Assembly (NCBI GenBank): GCA_964586075.1
Contig: CAZPGZ010000017.1
Location: 755-64,754 of the forward strand
Reading direction: 5' to 3'
DNA length: 64,000 nt
From: an uncultured Nitrospiraceae bacterium
GTDB taxonomy: Bacteria; Nitrospirota; UBA9217
A program made the position numbers and the translations under genes. The notes under the pieces were generated by a model that was given only the letters and a program-made list of their open reading frames with translations, did not search any database and was not told the origin of the DNA. This document shows positions 1 through 9,592 of this stretch, piece after piece; the first letter of the stretch is position 1; each line of letters begins with the position of its first letter.

Positions 1-183
1 AGGTCATTATATGACTGCCAAATCATTGTCAACTAGATCGCAAGAAAAAAGCATTAGCATATATAACAAGTATCACTTTTTGGTGGTACAATCGAACAAC
101 AATAATCACTTACTATCATCATCACAATAATGAAAAACCCAAGATCGACAGACAAAAAAAGTGCAACGACGATCAAGAGTTTG

Positions 184-1011
184 CTATATATTCAGACTTT
201 CCTTGTAGACGTCCTTCTTCGGTAGTCCTAGCTCATCCGCGGCGGTTGCGATGGCTTCTTTTTTAGTTAATCCTCGCTGTGTCATGAGGTCCTTCAGATA
301 TTCCACCGTGCTGACAATCTGCTCGTGCGGTTCTGCTGAGGAACCGTGCACAGTAATGGTAAATTCACCTTTCAGCGGTCCTTCTTCCAGCTGTGCCAAA
401 AGCTCCGTAAGCGTTCCCCGGAGAACCTGCTCATGAATTTTGGTAAGCTCGCGGGTGATTACGGCGCGGCGGTCGCCAAAGATCTCGAGCATTTCACCGA
501 TTGTCCTGATGATTTTGTGGGGTGCTTCATAGAAAATGATTGTACATTCGTCTTTTGCAAGAGCACGAAGGCGGGCAAGGCGTGCGCCCTGCTTTTGGGG
601 GAGGAATCCCGTAAAACGAAAATCGTCGGTTGGCAGACCGGAGATGGAAAGCGCGGTAATAGCCGCAGTGGCGCCGGGAATTGGTACCACCGGTATCTGC
701 TGGTCTACCGCAAGGTTGATCAGGACATATCCCGGATCGGATATCCCCGGGGTTCCCGCGTCTGATACGAGGGCGACGTTCTTGCCGTCAAGCAGGCGCG
801 CGACAAGAATGGGTGCTTTTTCATCTTTATTATGGTCGTGGTAGCTGGTGAGTGGGGTGACGATTTCGTATTTGTTCAGCAGCTTCAGGGTGTGACGAGT
901 GTCTTCCGCGGCGATAATATCTGCTTCCTTCAGAATCCGAAGAGCTCGAAACGTTATGTCTTCTAAATTTCCGATGGGAGTGGCGACTACATAAAGAGTT
1001 CCTGTTTTCAT
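184..1011 (-). CDS. rsmI: 16S rRNA (cytidine1402-2'-O)-methyltransferase
   Basis: 275 aa, N-terminal LYVVATPIGNLEDIT and tetrapyrrole-methylase-like fold motifs typical of RsmI. Confidence 0.85.
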   Translation of the reverse strand: MKTGTLYVVATPIGNLEDITFRALRILKEADIIAAEDTRHTLKLLNKYEIVTPLTSYHDHNKDEKAPILVARLLDGKNVALVSDAGTPGISDPGYVLINLAVDQQIPVVPIPGATAAITALSISGLPTDDFRFTGFLPQKQGARLARLRALAKDECTIIFYEAPHKIIRTIGEMLEIFGDRRAVITRELTKIHEQVLRGTLTELLAQLEEGPLKGEFTITVHGSSAEPHEQIVSTVEYLKDLMTQRGLTKKEAIATAADELGLPKKDVYKESLNI

Positions 1012-1053
1012 GAGAAGGTCCTGGTACTATAAAAAATTGCAAAGCATCGATAG

Positions 1054-2775
1054 TCAATAGCTTCTATAGCGGTTGGTGATCGGGAAGCGCCGGTCTTTTC
1101 CTAATCCCCGTGCAGTAATTTTAACACCGGGAGGAGCCTGGCGACGTTTATATTCACTGGAATCAACAAGATGAATGACCCTCTCCACGGTCTTGCGGTC
1201 AAAACCCATGCTCAACATTTCATCGAAGTCCTTGTCGTCCTCTACGTATGCCTTGAGAATGGGATCGAGGAGATCATAGACCGGGAGCGAATCGCTGTCC
1301 TTCTGATTGGGACGGAGCTCCGCCGTGGGAGCCTTGACAAGCACTCGTTTTGGAATGACGGTTTTTCCCGCGAGACGGTTCACATATCGAGATACTTCAT
1401 ACACCAGGGTTTTCGGCACGTCCTTGATTACGGCAAAACCGCCCGCCATATCACCATAGAGGGTGGCGTACCCCGTTGCCATTTCACTCTTGTTTCCGGT
1501 CGTGAGTACCAGCCACCCGAATTTGTTCGAGAGCGCCATGAGAATGTTTCCCCGGATGCGCGCCTGCAGGTTTTCCTCGGTTACGTCCTGCCGGGTGCCT
1601 GCGAGTGCGCTGCGCAGCGTGTTCAAATAGGCATCGAAAGGCTGATGGATGGGGATGGTCAGCAATTTCATGCCCAGATTGCGCGCGAGGAGGATAGCAT
1701 CTTCGCGGCTTTCACGGGAGCTGTACGGAGACGGCATGAAAACACCGGCCACCTGCTCCTTTCCGATCGCCGCGCACGCCACGGCGGCAACCAAAGAAGA
1801 GTCGATGCCGCCCGAAAGCCCGATTACCGCGGATTTGAAGCCGTTTTTCCTGAGATAATCGCGAGTCCCGAGAACGAGCGCGTGATATACTTCCTGTACA
1901 GGAGAATATGGTTTTTCGATTCGTGGTGAAGGCAGCAGTTTTCTTCTTGATGCTCTGGTGGAGATGAAAACAGAATCGACGGAATCGCGGTGCTCCGGGG
2001 AAAGGAGTTCTGAAGCCGCGTCCTCGCCGCGGTTCGAAAGTGCGGGAAGCCTGACATCGCACGTAACGAAATCCTCCTCAAACTGTTTCCCTGCCGCAAG
2101 CACTTTTCCCTTCGGGTCAACGAGGAGACTGTGCCCGTCAAAAACAAGTTCGTCCTGCCCACCCACTGCGTTTGTATACGCAATGCAAATTCCATTATCA
2201 CGAGCCCGGTCGGCAAGCATCCTCATCCGCTCGCGTCCTTTTCCCTTATGATATGGAGAAGCGTTGATGTTAACGATGACTTCCGCCCCTGCCAGCGCCT
2301 GAGTACGTGTCGGTCCGTCCGGATACCAGATGTCCTCACAGACATTGATTCCGACATGAATACCATTGATTACGATGATCGGGCAGCGTTTGCCGGGCTT
2401 GAAATACCGATATTCGTCAAACACGCCGTAATTCGGAAGCAGCATTTTATGATAAACGTACAGCAGCTTTCCACCGGACATGACAGCCGCAGCGTTGTAC
2501 AGGTATTCGTTTACGTCGACAAAACCGACGACTGCTGTGATTCCCTGTGTGGCTTTGGTGATTTCCCGTAAGGTGCGCAGATTATCTTTGACAAACTGGG
2601 GTTTAAGCAGCAGATCTTCCGGTGGATATCCCGTGACAGCCAGTTCCGTGAACGCGACGATATCGGCGCCGAGTTTTTTTGCGCGGAGAATACACGCGAT
2701 AATTTTGTCCCTGTTGCCTTTGAGGTCTCCCACGGTAGGATTGATCTGTGCCATGGAAATGCGAAGAGTACGCAT
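1054..2775 (-). CDS. nadE: Glutamine-dependent NAD+ synthetase (nitrilase domain + NAD synthetase domain)
   Basis: 573 aa; N-terminal CN-hydrolase region (MAQINPTVGDL) and C-terminal PP-loop SGGIDSS motif. Confidence 0.88.
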   Translation of the reverse strand: MRTLRISMAQINPTVGDLKGNRDKIIACILRAKKLGADIVAFTELAVTGYPPEDLLLKPQFVKDNLRTLREITKATQGITAVVGFVDVNEYLYNAAAVMSGGKLLYVYHKMLLPNYGVFDEYRYFKPGKRCPIIVINGIHVGINVCEDIWYPDGPTRTQALAGAEVIVNINASPYHKGKGRERMRMLADRARDNGICIAYTNAVGGQDELVFDGHSLLVDPKGKVLAAGKQFEEDFVTCDVRLPALSNRGEDAASELLSPEHRDSVDSVFISTRASRRKLLPSPRIEKPYSPVQEVYHALVLGTRDYLRKNGFKSAVIGLSGGIDSSLVAAVACAAIGKEQVAGVFMPSPYSSRESREDAILLARNLGMKLLTIPIHQPFDAYLNTLRSALAGTRQDVTEENLQARIRGNILMALSNKFGWLVLTTGNKSEMATGYATLYGDMAGGFAVIKDVPKTLVYEVSRYVNRLAGKTVIPKRVLVKAPTAELRPNQKDSDSLPVYDLLDPILKAYVEDDKDFDEMLSMGFDRKTVERVIHLVDSSEYKRRQAPPGVKITARGLGKDRRFPITNRYRSY

Positions 2776-2827
2776 GAAGCTCCTTTAGTCTTTTGTCGGG
2801 GGGAAAGATGCTTTCCCCGCCGTAGTG

Positions 2828-4003
2828 CTATCGTGTAGAATAGTAGGCTCTTTTTGCTTCTTCCATAATCTGTTTCAGCGGGAGCTGTTCGCTTTCCGCG
2901 ATTTTTTTGCAGTCCTCATATTCAGGGGTCACCGTGAAAACTTCCTTGCCCTGTTTGCTCACTTTCAGCCTGATTCTGCCGTAGCATGTGTCCACTTCCG
3001 TGATTTCACGGAGCAGCTTTTTTCTGCGCACATCCTGGAGGCGGACGCCGATGCTCGTGGTTTCGCGAAACAGGGTATCAAGCATGGTGTCGACTTTTTC
3101 CTTGTCCGTCAGCACGGATAGCAGCACCGCCGGCCTTCCTTTTTTCATGGTGATGGGCGTGAAGTATACGTCTTGCGCCCCCTGCCGCATAAGTTTTTCA
3201 GCCACGTAGTCGTAAATCTGGGGGTTCATATCGTCGATATTGGTCTCGATGACAACCGACATGTCTTCTTCCCAGGAGGATGCGGCGGATTCACCAATCA
3301 TAAGCCGCAGGACATTCGGTGTGCCGGGGAAATCCTGGTCTCCTGCTCCGTAGGCTATCCGCTCAATATTCATGGCCGGCATGCGGCCGAAGGAGGCGCC
3401 GAGCGTGCTGATGATCGCCGCGCCGGTGGGGGTCGTAAGCTCAAATTTTGTCGAAGATTCATAAAAGGGGATTCCCCGCAGCATCTCAGCGGTTGCCGGG
3501 GCGGGTATGGGCAGAATGCCGTGAGCGGTTTTCACTGTTCCGGAACCCACGTTGACCGTAGAAGCGATGATATGCGATATGCCCAGAAGTTCAAGCCCTA
3601 TAACCGAGCCCACTATATCAACAATAGAGTCGACCGCACCGACCTCATGGAAATGAACGTCCTCTATCGTTGTGCCATGCACTTTGGCTTCCGCCTCCGC
3701 CAGACGGGTAAATATCAGTCCGCTTTTTTGTTTGACCGGCGCTGAGAGAGAAGAACTGCCGATAATTTTCAGAATGTCGGAAAGGTGGCGATGTTCGTGT
3801 GTAAGATGATGAATATCGACTCGCACTTTCGTCGCCGCAATGCCGGAGCGGGTGACTTTTTCAGATGTTATTTTGTATCCTGGAACGCTCAGTTTCTGAA
3901 GCTCCGAGCGAAGTGTGTTGATGTCCATTCCCGCGTCCACAAGGGCGCCGAGGGTCATATCGCCGGATATCCCGGAAAAACAGTCAAAATAGGCAATGGT
4001 CAT
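2828..4003 (-). CDS. larC: Nickel-pincer cofactor biosynthesis protein LarC (DUF111, nickel insertase)
   Basis: 391 aa; N-terminus MTIAYFDCFSGISGDM characteristic of LarC/DUF111. Confidence 0.8.
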   Translation of the reverse strand: MTIAYFDCFSGISGDMTLGALVDAGMDINTLRSELQKLSVPGYKITSEKVTRSGIAATKVRVDIHHLTHEHRHLSDILKIIGSSSLSAPVKQKSGLIFTRLAEAEAKVHGTTIEDVHFHEVGAVDSIVDIVGSVIGLELLGISHIIASTVNVGSGTVKTAHGILPIPAPATAEMLRGIPFYESSTKFELTTPTGAAIISTLGASFGRMPAMNIERIAYGAGDQDFPGTPNVLRLMIGESAASSWEEDMSVVIETNIDDMNPQIYDYVAEKLMRQGAQDVYFTPITMKKGRPAVLLSVLTDKEKVDTMLDTLFRETTSIGVRLQDVRRKKLLREITEVDTCYGRIRLKVSKQGKEVFTVTPEYEDCKKIAESEQLPLKQIMEEAKRAYYSTR

Positions 4004-4032
4004 GGATAGTATCCCTTTAATGGCGAGTTGTG

Positions 4033-4806
4033 TTATGCGCTACCGTCTGATGCATGCTCACCGAGCAGATTTATCCTGTGAGCCAGAACGCCTGCGCCAA
4101 AGCCGTTGTCTATGTTCATCACGGCAATGCCTGAAGCGCAAGAGTTGAGCATGGTAAGAAGAGGCGCCAGACCCTGGAACCCCGCACCGTATCCCACGCT
4201 GGTAGGAACTGCGATCACCGGCTTGTCTACCAGGCCGCCAACCACGGACGGAAGTGCACCGTCCATGCCGGCGACTACAACGACAACGCGGGCCTCATCA
4301 AGGATGTCGCGCTTGCTCAATACACGGTGGATGCCGGCGACGCCCACATCATAGACGGTTTTTACCGCGCTGCCGAGTGCTTCTGCCGTGACCGCAGCCT
4401 CCTCAGCCACAGGAATATCCGACGTCCCGCCGGTCATGATCAAGACGATGCCTTTGGTCAGCGTTGTTTTCGTTTGTCGGACAACAATCGCGCGGGAGCG
4501 TTCGTGGTACACGGCATGGCGGTTCAGTTTTTTTATTGCTTTATACATTTTATCAGATGCGCGTGTCGCGAGAACATCGCTTTTATGAGCCAGCATACGT
4601 TTTGCAATGCCCGCGACCTGTTCAGTTGTTTTTCCTTCACAATAGATGACTTCCGGCATCCCGTGTCGCAACTGCCGGTGATGGTCGATGTGCGCGTAGA
4701 CGACGTCTTCAAACGGCAAATGCCTGAGCTGTCTGAGTGCGGTCTCTACTTCGGTTTTCCCGTCGCGAACGTTCTGAAGCAGTTTCATGAGGTCTGATTT
4801 ATTCAT
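4033..4806 (-). CDS. larB: Nickel-pincer cofactor biosynthesis protein LarB (PurE-like NaAD carboxylase/hydrolase)
   Basis: 257 aa; PurE/AIR-carboxylase-like fold with N-terminal extension, adjacent to larC. Confidence 0.75.
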   Translation of the reverse strand: MNKSDLMKLLQNVRDGKTEVETALRQLRHLPFEDVVYAHIDHHRQLRHGMPEVIYCEGKTTEQVAGIAKRMLAHKSDVLATRASDKMYKAIKKLNRHAVYHERSRAIVVRQTKTTLTKGIVLIMTGGTSDIPVAEEAAVTAEALGSAVKTVYDVGVAGIHRVLSKRDILDEARVVVVVAGMDGALPSVVGGLVDKPVIAVPTSVGYGAGFQGLAPLLTMLNSCASGIAVMNIDNGFGAGVLAHRINLLGEHASDGSA

Positions 4807-5909
4807 GAGGATGGTTCGTCCTTATATTCCCTGATTTTTCTCGGGTGCCCGGATTGGTTCGTGTCGCAGTCCTTGATTGCCTGGACCGCCGTTCGTTTTT
4901 TCTGGGGAAACGCCTGCACCCTCGGGTTGTGTAAAAAACGGTTTAAATACTGCACTGATCGGCCGCACTGGCCCATTTGCTTAAATACAATGCCGGTGTG
5001 GAACAACATCAAAGGATTCTGCGGTCTGAGCCGCTCCACCGCATGGAGCTCCCTTAATGCTGATGGATATCTGCCTTGTTCCTGCAGCAAAATACCGAGC
5101 TTTATGCGCAGATCAATGTTTGAGGGATTTTGCCTGAGAGCGATTTTTAATTCATTTTCTGCTGCGGGCATATCGCCTTTTTTCTGATACAGCGAAGCGA
5201 GCAGTGAGCGCGCACGCTGGTTTTGCGGGTTAACCCGTACCGCATTTTCCAGAATTGTCGTTGAGTTGTCCAGGTCAGCCTGTTTGAGCGGGCGGGTTTC
5301 CGCATCATTTTGAACCAGCTGTTGGCCGATATTGATCCAGACTTTGTTCGTTTCCTCGTTGGATTCTTCTTGTGCGAGCACCGCACCGAGTTTTTGGCGG
5401 GTTTCCGCCGCCTTTGCCTTGTCTTTTACCGTCCTGAGCTGAGCAACAAGCGCATCGCGTTCTTTTCTGAGATCGTCGTTCTCTTTGGCGGAAGCGTCGA
5501 GCTGCTCCTTCAGTTCCTCATTTTCACGGAATCTGGCTATCTGGTTTTGGAGGATAACAGTGTCTACCGTACAACGGGTTTTAATGTAGATTTCCGGCCG
5601 CTCAACCGTTCCGCGCATCTGCTCCGACACAATCTCTGTTTCCAGCATGCCCGCGGTGTACGATTGTATTTCATCCCGAGAAAGCCGGAAATTTTTTACC
5701 ACGGTCAGGCTTTCCACATACGTACCGGCAAGCTCAAGTGCTTTTCTTTTCGCTTCCTGCGTGGCGATCCTGCGCGCGTCGATCTTGCTGTCATTGTCTC
5801 CTATGACATACGTGCTTTCCGCTTCGATGGTTTTCATTTCCGCAAACGCGGTGAAATTCAGGAGGCCGGCAATTGCGCACGAAAAAAATATTAAAACAAA
5901 TTGCTTCAT
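4803..5909 (-). CDS. Secreted tetratricopeptide-repeat protein with coiled-coil segment
   Basis: Signal peptide MKQFVLIFFSCAIAGLLNFTAFA; coiled-coil (LKEQLDASAKENDDLRKERDAL) followed by TPR-like repeats; start trimmed to internal ATG at 5909. Confidence 0.6.
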   Translation of the reverse strand: MKQFVLIFFSCAIAGLLNFTAFAEMKTIEAESTYVIGDNDSKIDARRIATQEAKRKALELAGTYVESLTVVKNFRLSRDEIQSYTAGMLETEIVSEQMRGTVERPEIYIKTRCTVDTVILQNQIARFRENEELKEQLDASAKENDDLRKERDALVAQLRTVKDKAKAAETRQKLGAVLAQEESNEETNKVWINIGQQLVQNDAETRPLKQADLDNSTTILENAVRVNPQNQRARSLLASLYQKKGDMPAAENELKIALRQNPSNIDLRIKLGILLQEQGRYPSALRELHAVERLRPQNPLMLFHTGIVFKQMGQCGRSVQYLNRFLHNPRVQAFPQKKRTAVQAIKDCDTNQSGHPRKIREYKDEPSS

Positions 5910-5949
5910 GTGCCCTATCTCCAGGGTTGCGGTGTCTCCGGATAAAAAA

Positions 5950-6951
5950 TTATTCACCTTTCAGTTCCCGGCTCATCAGATCTTTTACCGCATGCTTCGG
6001 GTCCTTCTGCTCATACAGTATCTGATAAACTTCTTCTACGATAGGCATGCTGATATTGAATTTCTGAGCGAGGTTGCGCGCCGCCAGGGCAGTCTTTACG
6101 CCTTCCGCAACAGTCCGCGCTCCCTGCAGAATGTCATGAAGCTGTTCGCCTTTCCCGAGCCTTATGCCGAGTGTGCGGTTTCGTGAAAGAGCGCCGGTGC
6201 ATGTTAAGACAAGGTCCCCCATGCCGGCAAGACCGGAAAACGTCTGCGGGTTCGCTCCCATCGCCGATCCAAGGCGTGCTATTTCCGCGAGTCCGCGGGT
6301 GAGCAGCGCCGCCATGGAGTTGTACCCGTAGCCGAGTCCGAGGAGCACGCCCGCGGCAATGGCGACAACATTCTTGAGCGAGCCTGCGAGTTCCACGCCG
6401 GTGACATCAAGGTTGGTATACACGCGGAAATAGGCATTGCTCAGGATATCCTGGGCCTTTCTGCCGACGGCGAGATCATATGCGGCAAGCGTGACGGCCG
6501 TGGGCATTTTTTGCGCGACTTCCTTGGCAAAACTCGGCCCGGACAGAAAGCACAGACGGCCATGGGCTTCTTCTGGCAAAACGTCTTTCAGTACCTCGGA
6601 AAGAAGCATGAGCGTGTCCGGTTCGATTCCTTTTGAAGCAGAGATGAAGACCGCGTCATGGGGCAGAGAAGAAAGGATCTGCGTCGTCACCGTCCGCACG
6701 GTGTGCGACGGCATAACAAAGAGCAGAATGGATTTGCTCCTGACGGCGTTTTCAAGCGAAGAGGTCATTCCGAGGGAAGCGGGCAGGATAAATCCCGGCA
6801 GATAAACCCGGTTTTCCCTGGTGCGGTTCGCTTCTGCGCAAAGGTCCTGCTCATACATCCACAGTGTTACATCATGATCCTTTTCCGCGAGAAGTATGGC
6901 CAGGGCCGTCCCCCAGGCGCCGGCGCCGAGTACTCCTATTTTTTCGACCAT
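5950..6951 (-). CDS. gpsA: NAD(P)H-dependent glycerol-3-phosphate dehydrogenase
   Basis: MVEKIGVLGAGAWGTALA Rossmann N-terminus; start trimmed from ORF 5950..7152. Confidence 0.88.
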   Translation of the reverse strand: MVEKIGVLGAGAWGTALAILLAEKDHDVTLWMYEQDLCAEANRTRENRVYLPGFILPASLGMTSSLENAVRSKSILLFVMPSHTVRTVTTQILSSLPHDAVFISASKGIEPDTLMLLSEVLKDVLPEEAHGRLCFLSGPSFAKEVAQKMPTAVTLAAYDLAVGRKAQDILSNAYFRVYTNLDVTGVELAGSLKNVVAIAAGVLLGLGYGYNSMAALLTRGLAEIARLGSAMGANPQTFSGLAGMGDLVLTCTGALSRNRTLGIRLGKGEQLHDILQGARTVAEGVKTALAARNLAQKFNISMPIVEEVYQILYEQKDPKHAVKDLMSRELKGE

Positions 6952-7106
6952 AGTAGGAATTATAGAGGGATTGGCAAAGACTGTCAAAAGAAATGTACCG
7001 CCGGATGCGCGATCATGCCTGCATATCGTGCAAGAATACGCAGGAAACTGCAGCGTTAATCGGTTTTCAGTTGACCCTGGCGCATCAAATGGATTATCAT
7101 CATCGT

Positions 7107-8804
7107 ATGCATGCATGGCACGGAAAAATACTTTATGTCGATCTCTCTGCAAACAAGATCCGGACCGAGAGTTTAGACGCGGAGGCCCTTTCTTCTCATA
7201 TCGGCGGCAGGGGGCTCGGTATGGCTATGATGAAGGATTACTTCAGCCTCGACCCCTTTGACAACAGCATGCCTCTTCTTTTTATGAACGGGCCACTGTG
7301 CGGCACCCCTGCGCCCGCCTCGTCTCGATTGGCCGTGGTCTCGCGGTCGCCTCTTACCGGAACAATAACCGATTCATCGGTGGGCGGTACCTTTCCACTC
7401 CGTTTGAAGGCAGCCGGCTACGATGGTCTCTGCATTACCGGCAGGGCTCCGTCTCCGGTCTATCTTCAGATCGTTGAGGACAAGGTCGAGATCCACGACG
7501 CGTCGTACCTTTGGGGCAAGGGGTGTCTGGAAACAAACAGGCTTCTTGACTCCGCCGGTTGCGTGGCCTGCATCGGCCCCGCGGGAGAAAACCGAGTCCG
7601 GTTCGCCAATATCATGATCGGCGGCGCGAATTCCGCTGGACGGGGCGGACTCGGCGCCGTAATGGGATCAAAGAACCTCAAAGCGATCGTGCTTAATGGA
7701 ACCCGAAAAGTGTCTGTCGCGGATTCAGCCGCATTTAAAAAGGCGCAGGAAGATGTAATGCGGCTTCTGAGAGCATCACCGGCGGTCATGGGGGAACTGG
7801 GGTTGGGTGAATATGGGACCGCGATGCTCGTAGATATCGTGGGCCAGCGCAAGATGGCTCCAACGGAAAACTTCCAGAAGACTTTTTTCCCGCAGGCGGC
7901 CGCGTATTCCGGTCCGAGTCTCAAAAAAGAATTCGGCTATAAAAAGCACGGATGTGTTGTATGTCCCATCCAGTGTAAAAAGATGCTCTCCTGCGGCAGG
8001 CCTCTGCCGGAATATGAGACCCTGTCTCATTTCGGCGCCTTGAACGCAAACGCCGACGCAGAATCCATTGTAGAGGCAAATTTGCTGTGCAACAATCTTG
8101 GAATGGACACCATCTCCGCGGCGGCGACGTTCGCGGCATTTGGAGAAGTACGGGGCGCGTTTCTTTCCGGAAACGAGATACTCGAAATGCTCCTGCGGAC
8201 CGCGAAGCGCGAGGGTGAGGGAGACCGGCTGGCGGAAGGCTCAAAAAGGCTGTGTGCAGACTTGGGAAAACCGCATTGTTCCATGAGCGTGAAGGGGCTG
8301 GAGCTTCCCGCCTACGATCCGCGCGGTTCCTACGGCATTGCGCTAGCCTATGCCACGTCCACGCGCGGCGGCTGCCATTTGCGCGCGTATCCGATCAGCC
8401 AGGAAATTCTGCGCAAACCCGTGGCGGTGGACCGCTTCAGCTTTGACGGAAAGGCCCGGATGATCAAAATCGCGGAGGACAACAATGCGATGGTGGACTC
8501 CCTCTGCGTGTGCGCATTCGCTTTTCTCGGCGCATCCATTGAGGAATATGCTCATTTGCTGGCCGCAGCAACGGGGCTGCCGTTCTCGGGACAGGGTCTT
8601 ATGAAAATCGGTGAGAAAATCGTCATTACCGAACGAACATACAACACTAGGAACGGATTCACCAAAAAAGATGACTTTCTGCCTGAACGGTTTTATACCG
8701 AGGCAGGTTCATCGGGAGAAGGGATCGAAATTCCGCCGATCGACAAAAAACGGTTCAGTGAAGAGCTGGATAAATACTATCGAATTCGGGGAGAGAATCC
8801 ATGA
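7107..8804 (+). CDS. aor: Tungsten-containing aldehyde:ferredoxin oxidoreductase (AOR family)
   Basis: N-terminus WHGKILYVDLS...E..GGRGLG typical of AOR; ~565 aa; start trimmed to internal ATG. Confidence 0.82.
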   Translation: MHAWHGKILYVDLSANKIRTESLDAEALSSHIGGRGLGMAMMKDYFSLDPFDNSMPLLFMNGPLCGTPAPASSRLAVVSRSPLTGTITDSSVGGTFPLRLKAAGYDGLCITGRAPSPVYLQIVEDKVEIHDASYLWGKGCLETNRLLDSAGCVACIGPAGENRVRFANIMIGGANSAGRGGLGAVMGSKNLKAIVLNGTRKVSVADSAAFKKAQEDVMRLLRASPAVMGELGLGEYGTAMLVDIVGQRKMAPTENFQKTFFPQAAAYSGPSLKKEFGYKKHGCVVCPIQCKKMLSCGRPLPEYETLSHFGALNANADAESIVEANLLCNNLGMDTISAAATFAAFGEVRGAFLSGNEILEMLLRTAKREGEGDRLAEGSKRLCADLGKPHCSMSVKGLELPAYDPRGSYGIALAYATSTRGGCHLRAYPISQEILRKPVAVDRFSFDGKARMIKIAEDNNAMVDSLCVCAFAFLGASIEEYAHLLAAATGLPFSGQGLMKIGEKIVITERTYNTRNGFTKKDDFLPERFYTEAGSSGEGIEIPPIDKKRFSEELDKYYRIRGENP

Positions 8805-9289
8805 CCGGGAAAAAACAGATTCGAAGAAGTCCGTCTGCCGGAGAGAAGGCGGTCGGCTGCTTCAAGAACGGCTTCAACTGTTCCCAGTCGGTGCTGTATG
8901 CGTATGGTCCGCGGCTCGGGCTCAACCGCGCACAGTCGCTGAAAGTCGCTTGCGCGTTCGGCGGAGGCATGGCACGCCGCGGCGATACCTGCGGAGCGGT
9001 AACCGGTGCGCTGATGGTGCTGGGGCTGAAGCACGGAAAAACAAAAAAGGGCGATGACGCGGCACGGGAAAAAACATACGATTTGGTGAAGGAATTTATA
9101 GCGGAATTTTCCGCCAGGAACGGCTCCATCGTATGCCGGGAATTGCTGGGGCACGATATCAGCGTTCCGAAAGGCCGCGAGGCGGCAAAAAATGAGCTGC
9201 TTTTTGAGACGCTCTGCCCCGGGCTGGTGCAGGACTCGGTTGAAATTCTCGAGAAACAGCTGCATAAAACACGGTCCAAGAAAACGTGA
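8801..9289 (+). CDS. C_GCAxxG_C_C family putative redox-active protein
   Basis: 162 aa; GCFKNGFNCSQSVL...CAFGGGMA...CGAVTGA motifs of the C-GCAxxG-C-C family; ATGA overlap with aor stop. Confidence 0.7.
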   Translation: MTGKKQIRRSPSAGEKAVGCFKNGFNCSQSVLYAYGPRLGLNRAQSLKVACAFGGGMARRGDTCGAVTGALMVLGLKHGKTKKGDDAAREKTYDLVKEFIAEFSARNGSIVCRELLGHDISVPKGREAAKNELLFETLCPGLVQDSVEILEKQLHKTRSKKT

Positions 9290-9316
9290 GCATCACGGTT
9301 CGCACGAGGAGACGCG

Positions 9317-9538
9317 CTACGGCTGTTCCTGGATCAGGACCGCAATTGACTTTATTATCAGCAGAGCCCATGGCGTTCCGTGCAGTATAAGATCAAACCA
9401 GTCAAGAGGCCGCGTGAGCTTTCCCTGAAAAAGCATCAACAGCTTTTCCCAGATATGCGGTGGATTGAAGGGTGCAAGGCCCAGGGTGAGGCAGAGGAGA
9501 ATCAGTATCCCCCACGGTATTTTTGATAAGACTTCCAT
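9317..9538 (-). CDS. Small hydrophobic membrane protein, unknown function
   Basis: 74 aa from internal ATG with AAGGA RBS; one predicted TM helix (ILILLCLTLGLAPF); no family recognised. Confidence 0.35.
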   Translation of the reverse strand: MEVLSKIPWGILILLCLTLGLAPFNPPHIWEKLLMLFQGKLTRPLDWFDLILHGTPWALLIIKSIAVLIQEQP

Positions 9539-9592
9539 AGAAGGTTCCTTCCCCATACAAGACGGCAACTGATCGAACGCACCGTTCCGTGA

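Noticed and set aside
1-183. AT-rich 5' edge of the window
   Set aside because: No ORF, repeat or RNA fold is evident. It is probably intergenic sequence downstream of rsmI and too short to interpret.
1171-1929. 252-aa plus-strand ORF inside nadE
   Set aside because: Antisense to the NAD synthetase frame, with no motif support.
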